DNA of 45,713 nt, filler included, from Myxococcota bacterium (GTDB taxonomy: Bacteria; Myxococcota_C; UBA6777): NCBI GenBank assembly GCA_023150835.1. It is 10 parts of 10 records of this genome, joined end to end, with 100 filler letters (N's around TTAATTAATTAA, not from the genome) between each part and the next. Parts side by side here need not be neighbours in the genome. Positions count along the whole stretch, not along the records: positions 38,366 to 42,116 come from JAKLKB010000230.1; positions 42,217 to 45,713 come from JAKLKB010000231.1; 8 more parts are not named here. The stretch is one strand, 5' to 3'. Shown one piece after another: positions 38,773 to 45,713 of this stretch. Position numbers and translations under genes: made by a program. Position 1 is the first letter of the stretch. Each line of letters starts with the position of its first letter. The notes below the pieces were generated by a model. The model saw only the letters and a list, made by a program, of their open reading frames with translations. It was not told the origin of the DNA and searched no databases.

Positions 38773-40587
38773 ATGCAGAGCCGTTTGTTTTCTTCGCAAC
38801 AAAAGCCCCTTGAGGTGGTGTGTATCGCGCCACCTCCTGAGGCGCAACGCGTGAAGCGCGATGCAGGCTTTGCCGCCAAAGGCGAGCGGCGTTCGCGTTA
38901 TTCATTGCCCGAATCGCTGGACTCTGCGTCGCCTGTGGGTTATCGGACGCGGGTGTCGTTGAGCAAAGAAGAAGCGCAAGCAGCTTTGGCGTTGTTGGCG
39001 TTGGAGCGACCGACGCGCTTTGTGCGTGTGGGCGAAGTCACCGAACAAGAACTGTTTGAGGAGTCGGCGCTTGGGGTGTTGAGTGCGCGTCAATCCACAA
39101 ACTTTCGTGGTCATCGCCAAGTGACCTTGGGGCCGAAAGAATCTGCACAGTTGGCGGAGATGTTGGGCAAGCTGCAGCCGTTGGAAGCGCCTGTATTGGA
39201 GCGGGCCTCTTACACGCATGTGGTGTTGACGCGCCCGTATCGAACGGCTTTTACGATGCTGTTGACGATCTTGGGTCACAAGCCGTTGCTCAACTTTTTG
39301 ACGATCCCGATGCGTGCGCTGCGCAAAAAGCTGCTGCACGTCGATGATATCCCGTCTATTGGGTTTTTGCAGCAACTGCATGTGGGTGTGTTGGCGGATG
39401 CGATGGAGCGTGCTGCGGTGATCGCTTCGGAGGGACGGCGAAAAGCGCAGATCTTGATGGCTGCTTTTTGCGAACCCAAGCAAAGCGAGGCGCAGATCCG
39501 CATCTTGCGGCAGATCAACGCGCTGTGTGGGTTGAGTTTGCAAGATCGCGCCCAAGGCTGGCGGATCGCGTTGGTTGCACAAGTCGGCGAAGTCCCCACC
39601 GAAGAGCAAGTCGCGCTGCCTCGCCCGTTGTGCCGAAAGATCGGAGCGAATCTGCTGTCTTTTCGCAGTGAGCGCATCCAGCCCGGTGTGAACCAAGAAA
39701 GCAAAGCTCCCGCCGCGTATCAAAGTCGCCAAGAGATGGATGTTTCGGATGATTTTACGGTGATGGCGGGACGTGCGGCTTACAACGCTTTTGGTCATTG
39801 GGCAGGGGTGGATCGCGAGCGCAGCAAGTCGTTGTTGTTGCTCGAACGGATCGATGTGTTGACACCGGGCGGAAAAGAACGGATCCGTGAAGTCCGAAAG
39901 ATGCTCGAAGAAGTGACAGAACACGCGATCCGCGATATCCCGATCTGGTTGGATCTGCCTACAGGAAAGGCGCTGAGTCGCGCTGTAGCGCGTGGAAAAA
40001 AGGCATTCGCTCTTGCAGGACAACGCATCTATTTGGGTGGTTTGTCGCCGCGTGCGATCGCCGACGAAGGGATCGCATGGAATCTGGCCTTGCGTGCGGT
40101 GGGAGCGGCTTCTGCGCGTAGCGCCCTGTATTGCGAGCTGATGGGAGTCACCGAACTGCCCGAAGATTGCGATCTGCTTGCGGGTATCTGCTTGATGGCG
40201 GGACCCGTCAACCAAAACGACACAGGCAAGCAATTCTACGGACAATCCGACCTTTTGGTGAAGAACTACCCCGATCAAGATCCCGCCACCGTCTTGGTCT
40301 GGACGTTCAAAGCCAAAACCATCGCCGATCCGATCGGAAACGAAGAACAACTGCTTAACGCCAAGCAGAAAGGCGATCTTGTGGACTTACGCCCCGGTCC
40401 TCACGAGGTGATCTGTCTGCTCAAAGGCGGAAGGTTCCAGCCCATGCGCCAACGCGACGGCCTGATCAACCAAGAGCGTGGATTTTCGGATGTCGGGAAC
40501 TTTGTGGTTGCGCCGGATGGGACAGAGATATCGGGAAATAAAGGCTCGGTATGGCCCGATGGATGGGCAAAACAAGTGATCTGGTAG
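38773..40587 (+). CDS. Hypothetical protein, about 604 aa
   Basis: Long ORF with GGAGGAG RBS and globular composition. No family recognised. Confidence 0.85.
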   Translation: MQSRLFSSQQKPLEVVCIAPPPEAQRVKRDAGFAAKGERRSRYSLPESLDSASPVGYRTRVSLSKEEAQAALALLALERPTRFVRVGEVTEQELFEESALGVLSARQSTNFRGHRQVTLGPKESAQLAEMLGKLQPLEAPVLERASYTHVVLTRPYRTAFTMLLTILGHKPLLNFLTIPMRALRKKLLHVDDIPSIGFLQQLHVGVLADAMERAAVIASEGRRKAQILMAAFCEPKQSEAQIRILRQINALCGLSLQDRAQGWRIALVAQVGEVPTEEQVALPRPLCRKIGANLLSFRSERIQPGVNQESKAPAAYQSRQEMDVSDDFTVMAGRAAYNAFGHWAGVDRERSKSLLLLERIDVLTPGGKERIREVRKMLEEVTEHAIRDIPIWLDLPTGKALSRAVARGKKAFALAGQRIYLGGLSPRAIADEGIAWNLALRAVGAASARSALYCELMGVTELPEDCDLLAGICLMAGPVNQNDTGKQFYGQSDLLVKNYPDQDPATVLVWTFKAKTIADPIGNEEQLLNAKQKGDLVDLRPGPHEVICLLKGGRFQPMRQRDGLINQERGFSDVGNFVVAPDGTEISGNKGSVWPDGWAKQVIW

Positions 40588-40743
40588 GCTTGTTTTTGGA
40601 GAGGGAAGACGATATCCGAGTGATACATACACAAAGGAGAGCACGTAGACGCTCGATTGTTGGGTAGCCACAGGGGAGCTGCCCCTACGTTTTGCGAACA
40701 CACAATAGGTGGATATCGTGTAAGACGGATTCGGGATCTTGGA

Positions 40744-41982
40744 TCAGCGATATTTGGCGAGTCCGGGTTGGTATTCCCAGTGCCAATGTTCGATGGGGAT
40801 GCGTTTGAAGCCGAACTTGTGGGCGTTGTTGGCGAGCCAGTTGTAGACTTTGCCGGTGCCGTGGCTGCGACTGGAGCCTTGGGTGTTGAGGTCGAGTGCG
40901 ACGCCGCTTTGGTGGTTGGAGTATCCCGGTCTTGCGGCGGGGTTGTAGCCGGGGAGGCGGCGTTGCCAGCCATTCCAGAGGGCTTGTTGTTGCTCCATGG
41001 TGCGAAAGCCAGAGACGATGTTGAGGTTGACGCCATCTTTGGCGGCGGCGGCTTTCATGCGCAGATAGGCTTTGGCGGTATCGACTTCGACTTTTTTTCC
41101 GTCGACGGTGGCGACTTGGATATTGCGTGCGACGCCGTTGACGTAGCCTTTGGTGCTCGACACGGGGCCAAGGCCGGGTACGTTGCCAGAGGGCGGAGTG
41201 ACGGGGTGTTTCATCGCGTCTTTGCCTTTTTCAAGGGCAGCCCATGTCTTGGGACCGACGACGCCATCGGCACTGAGTCCTGCGGCTTGTTGGAAAGATC
41301 GAACGGCGTTGGCCGTTCCGGGGCCAAAGTTGCCATCCACACCACCGGGATTGATCCCGAGGCTTTTGAGGCGGTTTTGGAGGGTGGTGACGTGTTGGCC
41401 TTTGGAGCCTTCACGCAAGACGGCATTGGGGGCTTTGAAGGAAGGTGCTGGGGGTTTGGGGATGGGTTTGGGGGCTGGTGCAGGGGAGGCGTTGTCTTTT
41501 TCGAGGGCGTCCCACGTCTTGGGTCCGACGACGCCGTCGGCAGTCAATCCTGCTTTGCGTTGGAATTCTTTGACGGCGGCCTCTGTTTTGGGTCCAAAGT
41601 CCCCGTCGGCAGCGCCCGGATTGAAGCCAAGGGCCTTGAGGCGATTTTGAAGAGTTGTGACGTGCGCGCCTTTGGAGCCTTCGCGCAGTACGACGTTGGG
41701 AGCAGCAAAGCGGCTGGCACCTGCGGAGGCTGCGCTTCGTGCGCGGGGTGCGCCGGTCGAGGGGGTTTGAGCGAATCCGCCTGTGACGGGTCCACCGCCG
41801 ACATCGCGTTGAAGGGATGCGCCAAGAGTCGTGTTGGCGACAGGAGCCGATGGTGCCGCAGGGATCGCACCGCCGAAACTGTTTTGTGGTGGGGATATCT
41901 GAGCGGGGGAGGGGGCGCTCAACTTTTGGGCGGGGATCTGGGGGGAGGGGATGTTCGGTTTTTGTTCGGAACGGATCTTCAT
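40744..41982 (-). CDS. Peptidoglycan-binding protein with an M15 (VanY-like) D,D-peptidase domain
   Basis: Two PG_binding_1 domains (LREGSKG.HVTTLQNRLK.LG..DG.FGP.T..AV..FQ..AGL.ADGVVGPKTW). Zinc motifs SGFRT..Q, SNHQSGVALD and EHWHW. Confidence 0.92.
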   Translation of the reverse strand: MKIRSEQKPNIPSPQIPAQKLSAPSPAQISPPQNSFGGAIPAAPSAPVANTTLGASLQRDVGGGPVTGGFAQTPSTGAPRARSAASAGASRFAAPNVVLREGSKGAHVTTLQNRLKALGFNPGAADGDFGPKTEAAVKEFQRKAGLTADGVVGPKTWDALEKDNASPAPAPKPIPKPPAPSFKAPNAVLREGSKGQHVTTLQNRLKSLGINPGGVDGNFGPGTANAVRSFQQAAGLSADGVVGPKTWAALEKGKDAMKHPVTPPSGNVPGLGPVSSTKGYVNGVARNIQVATVDGKKVEVDTAKAYLRMKAAAAKDGVNLNIVSGFRTMEQQQALWNGWQRRLPGYNPAARPGYSNHQSGVALDLNTQGSSRSHGTGKVYNWLANNAHKFGFKRIPIEHWHWEYQPGLAKYR

Positions 41983-42116
41983 CGTTTCTTCGGCGTGGAG
42001 ACCCCTGCCTTTAGGCGGGCTTTGAAACGCCGTCCTTTCTTCGTGTGTAAGCGTATCCATCGGTGTGTTGAAGGATACGACAATGTTTGTAAGAAATGCC
42101 TTGTGTGGTACCACTT
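41983..42116 (-). mobile_element. iscB: 3' end of the IscB-type element, copy 2 (iscB C-terminus at 42011-42116)
   Basis: Identical to 22318-22451. Junction ...GAAGAAACG|ATGA. Confidence 0.82.
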
Positions 42117-42472
42117 NNNNNNNNNNNNNNNNNNNNNNNNNNNNNNNNNNNNNNNNNNNNTTAATTAATTAANNNNNNNNNNNNNNNNNNNNNNNNNNNN
42201 NNNNNNNNNNNNNNNNACACGCTGTATGCACGACGCGCAGACGCTGCCCGTTCCAACTTCCCCCCGTTCACGGGGGGATTGAGGGGGGGCGACAAAAGAA
42301 ACGGCGATCAGGCTAGACTATCCGGTGTTTCCACCTTAACAAGGCGCGTATGGGGCGTGGCCCCACACCCCACAAGGGAGCTTGGCCTCCTTGACTCCGC
42401 ACCATCTTACACCAAGCCGACCCAAAAAAGCACAGGTACCACCCCGTTGCTTGCTCAGGCCGAGGTTTTCCG

Positions 42473-43846
42473 ATGTATTCAACACACCAGTCCCGTCACA
42501 CCCACCGATCGAGCGACGAATACTCCTTTGCCACAGCCCCCACCTCCGCCTCTGTTGCACCTCGCTCCGATCAACAACAGCGGCCCACTCCTGAACATCC
42601 CACAGGGTGCGTACTTGTGGTCGATGATGACGAAGATATCCGCTCGATCCTACAGCTCACACTCCATCAACACGGTGTGACGGCCCTTTGCGCACAAGAT
42701 GCTTACGAAGCGATCGCCCTCCTCCACCACAACACCGTCGATGTGATTCTTCTTGATGTGATGATGCCGGGCGAAGACGGCTTCCGCTTCCATCAACGCC
42801 TCCTTCAAAGCGAACTGTGGAAAGATATCCCCATCCTTTTTTTAACTTCCGTTGGCAACGAAGAAAGCATCCTCGAAGCCTACGCCAAAGGTGCCGAAGA
42901 TTACATCAAAAAGCCCTTCCAACCGCAGATCGTAGCCGCCAAAGTCAAAAACATTATCGCTCGCCAAAGAAAGCGCCAGTCCATCGACCAAGACAACCTG
43001 TTGCCCGGCTTTTTGTTGGCAGGAAAATACACCATCCTCCGAGAGATCGGGCGTGGCGGCATGGGCTTTGTGTACCTCGCCCGACACACCCAAGATCAAC
43101 AACTTTATGCCGTCAAAGTCTTCTATACACGAGGCTCTTCGTTGGAACATCGAACACGCTTTCAAGAAGAGATCCGCGTACTTTCTTCGTTATCACACCC
43201 TCACTTGATCCGCCTCTACGATGCAGGCCAACAGCATCACTTCCTCTATTATGTGATGGACTATCTGACAGGGGGTTCACTCTACGACCGCATCCAACAA
43301 GGCCCACTCTCCGAACAAGACGCCTTGCGCTTTTGTGCGGCGATCGCGGATGCGCTTCAACACGCCCATGAACACGGCGTTTACCACCGCGATCTCAAAA
43401 GTGAAAATATCCTTTTTACGCAAGACGGCCAGCCCATCCTGACGGACTTTGGCGTGGCCCTGAATCTCGCCAGTCCAAACGATCGATTGACCAAAACAGG
43501 CTTCGTTGTCGGAACGGTCCCTTATCTTTCTCCCGAGCAAGTCCTCGGTCTCGAAGAAGCCGATCACCGCGCAGATATCTTTAGCCTTGGCATTATCTTC
43601 TACGAAATGCTTACAGGCCAACATCCTTTCCCGGGCGACGCGCCGCACGACATTATGACCCGCATCCTTCGGCACCCGCACACGCCCGCTCGAACCCTCC
43701 ATCCTCGCCTTTTATCGGCTACGCAGAACATCTGCGACAAAGCACTCGCCAAAGATCGCGATACACGCTACCAACACGCCCGCGAACTCAGCCTCGATTG
43801 CCGACACGCCCTCCGCCTCCTTACCCCCCCCACAAGCACCCTCTAA
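42473..43846 (+). CDS. Response-regulator receiver domain fused to a Ser/Thr protein kinase
   Basis: Receiver motifs VLVVDDD, ILLDVMMP.EDG, PILFLT and DYIKKPF. Kinase motifs IGRGGMGFVY, HRDLKSEN, DFG and YLSPEQ. Confidence 0.93.
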   Translation: MYSTHQSRHTHRSSDEYSFATAPTSASVAPRSDQQQRPTPEHPTGCVLVVDDDEDIRSILQLTLHQHGVTALCAQDAYEAIALLHHNTVDVILLDVMMPGEDGFRFHQRLLQSELWKDIPILFLTSVGNEESILEAYAKGAEDYIKKPFQPQIVAAKVKNIIARQRKRQSIDQDNLLPGFLLAGKYTILREIGRGGMGFVYLARHTQDQQLYAVKVFYTRGSSLEHRTRFQEEIRVLSSLSHPHLIRLYDAGQQHHFLYYVMDYLTGGSLYDRIQQGPLSEQDALRFCAAIADALQHAHEHGVYHRDLKSENILFTQDGQPILTDFGVALNLASPNDRLTKTGFVVGTVPYLSPEQVLGLEEADHRADIFSLGIIFYEMLTGQHPFPGDAPHDIMTRILRHPHTPARTLHPRLLSATQNICDKALAKDRDTRYQHARELSLDCRHALRLLTPPTSTL

Positions 43847-43863
43847 CCGCGTAAGTCCTACTC

Positions 43864-44982
43864 TTAAAAACCTTCGTATCCCCCCACTATCCGTAAAAAG
43901 CGATGCCCGCTTGGATCGACGCGCTCGTAATCCCCCTCTGCGCTTTGAAACACCGCCGAAACCGTCAACCGAAACATCTTGATCTTTAGACTAAAGCCGA
44001 CCTCTCCCTCTACAACCACCGGCACTTTGGTGACGGAGTGGCTTTCTTGGAAAAAAGCACCATCCAAAAACAGATTGCGCGCCACAAAACGCACCACAGG
44101 TCGCAAAAAAACATACAGTTCCCAATCTTGGAGACCTCGCCCTCCCATGCCATGCGGACCCACCGAAGGGTTGCCTGCGATCGGCTTCCCTGTCAACGGA
44201 TGATAGGCGCTTTCGCGCAGCAGCCAAGGCAGATCTTCCGCAGTAGGGACCACGTTGATGATGTACCCAAAACGCAGCGACAATCCCAGCATGCCACGCA
44301 CCCACACCGTACCGAGATCTCCCCCCGTCAACAGCGAAAGATCAAGATGCCGAGTATTGCGTGTCACGATCTGCGCGATCTCCTTGGACCATCGGACGCT
44401 TAGCTGCATGGTCATCTCGTTCGGTAGCTGGTGACGCCATCCCTGTGGAACAGGCGGATCGGTGGACTGGATCAACTGCCTCGCCAACCAATGCCAAGTC
44501 GTTTGAAATTCGTCTCCAAACGCCCATGGCCCCACAACTCCTAGACTCGCCTGTACCCGCAGCCGCCAATCCACCCCTTGCACCCGATAAGTGACACCAC
44601 CAAACAGCCACCCCGCAAAAGGCCGATCACCCGACACAAAGCGGTGGATCGTGATGTTGTTGGGGGTGTACATCTGATGTCCCACAAACACGCTCAATGA
44701 AGAAAGCGTCATCACATCTTTTGGAAAGAAGAAACGGCTCATCGCTTGCGCGGCATCCCCCAATCGACCGAGGTTTCCAACCTCCAGCAACAAGCCGCTC
44801 GAATACATCCGATCTGTCCCAAAATACACATCGTTATCGTGCAACAACAACACACGCTCAGGCAAAAGCCCTTGAAGCGACCATCCTCCCTTGGCTTCGG
44901 CCTTTCCTGCCCCCCCACACACCACACAAACCACCCACATAAAGCCAACAAGAAACGCGCTCCATCGAGCAGAACCGCGCAT
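43864..44982 (-). CDS. lpxR: Lipid A 3'-O-deacylase LpxR family outer-membrane protein
   Basis: Signal peptide. Motifs DND..GTDRMYSSG, GHQMYTP, DRPFAGWL, GW.HQL.NE and ARNLFLDG. C-terminal Phe. Confidence 0.88.
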   Translation of the reverse strand: MRGSARWSAFLVGFMWVVCVVCGGAGKAEAKGGWSLQGLLPERVLLLHDNDVYFGTDRMYSSGLLLEVGNLGRLGDAAQAMSRFFFPKDVMTLSSLSVFVGHQMYTPNNITIHRFVSGDRPFAGWLFGGVTYRVQGVDWRLRVQASLGVVGPWAFGDEFQTTWHWLARQLIQSTDPPVPQGWRHQLPNEMTMQLSVRWSKEIAQIVTRNTRHLDLSLLTGGDLGTVWVRGMLGLSLRFGYIINVVPTAEDLPWLLRESAYHPLTGKPIAGNPSVGPHGMGGRGLQDWELYVFLRPVVRFVARNLFLDGAFFQESHSVTKVPVVVEGEVGFSLKIKMFRLTVSAVFQSAEGDYERVDPSGHRFLRIVGGYEGF

Positions 44983-45224
44983 ATCATCCCACGCAAAAAC
45001 GCTGCGGAAACCTCGCAAAGTCGGGCGTGGATGCGCTTGATGCCCTCCCCCTCCTACAAACACGCTGTACACGCTTTTCGTTCTTCCGATCATGCCGATC
45101 ACCCAAGTTTGAGAGGCTCTTGATCTGCGCTGCCTTCCAACAACCGCCTCCCACGATGCCACAACCTTTCCTTCTCTGACAAGGCTCTCCACCCCACCCT
45201 CCACTCATTCCCCAAGTGCAAAGA

Positions 45225-45276
45225 CTCTGTCATCAAGGCGTCACTTGTTGCTCTGTCATCGAGGCGTCACTTGTTG
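45225..45276. repeat. 26-bp tandem duplication CTCTGTCATC(A/G)AGGCGTCACTTGTTG
   Basis: Two adjacent copies upstream of lpxR. Confidence 0.85.
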
Positions 45277-45421
45277 AACGAAAAGCGAGCGCGGTCGCCT
45301 CGGTTTGGTGGGGTTGGAACCCCACTCCCCGCAAGGGGCTCTCGCCCCTTGACCCCGTACAGGCGAAACGATCACGGCTTTTCATAGCGCTCCCACCTAC
45401 GCATAAGCACGATCAAAAAAA

Positions 45422-45713
45422 TCAAACGCTCGGATGCACCGCAGTTTTTTCTTCGTGCTTGTGCTTATTTTCATCGGGGAGCGCTATCAGGAATCGAAAC
45501 CCCCGTTCTATCGCGCTTCCCTGTACCTTGTACCTCTTCAATGCTTCCTCTCCGCTCAGTTTGCTTTCCGCCATCGTCGTCGCCAACACAAATCTGCCCA
45601 ATCTTGACTTCCCTTTCTCTATCTCTTCTTTTTTTTCTTCCAAATCCCCGATGATTTTCCAGCATACTTTGTCTGGCTGTGCGCCTTTTTTTGGCTTCCC
45701 TCTCTTTGCGAAC
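45422..45713 (-). pseudogene. IS1634-family transposase fragment, C-terminally truncated
   Basis: RGKPKK..GRFVLATT..LSGEEALKRYKVQGSAIERGFRFL, then homology is lost. Runs off the window end. Confidence 0.75.

Noticed and set aside
40657-42168. Long + strand ORF of 503 aa, and similar ORFs 38902..40350(-), 20126..21337(-), 6379..7170(+) and 23727..24578(+)
   Set aside because: Antisense shadows of well-supported genes on the opposite strand.
1-45713. DGR reverse transcriptase, avd, cas genes, tRNA or rRNA genes
   Set aside because: I looked for these by eye and recognised none in the window.

Overview
The window is not contiguous. It holds ten short contigs of about 3.5-6 kb (1-4571, 4672-9221, 9322-13792, 13893-18158, 18259-22453, 22554-26739, 26840-32038, 32139-38265, 38366-42116, 42217-45713) joined by nine artificial 100-nt N-TTAATTAATTAA-N linkers, as in a fragmented draft genome or MAG. 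Gene content (three Hanks-type Ser/Thr kinases, PEGA, TPR and Sel1 proteins, V-type ATPase) suggests a Myxococcota-like bacterium; this is inference. Ordinary genes include argH, V-ATPase B and D, an acyl-CoA dehydrogenase with a divergent TetR, LysR, LpxR, a cyanophycinase-like peptidase, a secernin, a class III aminotransferase, and YefM-YoeB and HigBA toxin-antitoxin pairs. Two systems stand out. (1) Three paralogous FGE-sulfatase/C-type-lectin-fold genes, one fused to SHOCT plus a Ser/Thr kinase. Their last ~135 nt differ almost only at codon positions 1-2 of NNC/NNG codons and are followed by a conserved hairpin block. This is the signature of multiple diversity-generating retroelement (DGR) targets; the RT and template repeat are not in the window. 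(2) Pieces of a multi-copy IscB-type OMEGA (IS200/IS605) element: an omega/HEARO-like RNA 5' end and two identical iscB 3' ends. Both 3' ends abut ATGA, and in both cases that ATG is the likely start codon of the downstream host gene. Many other contig ends fall in a modular palindromic REP/MITE-like repeat family.
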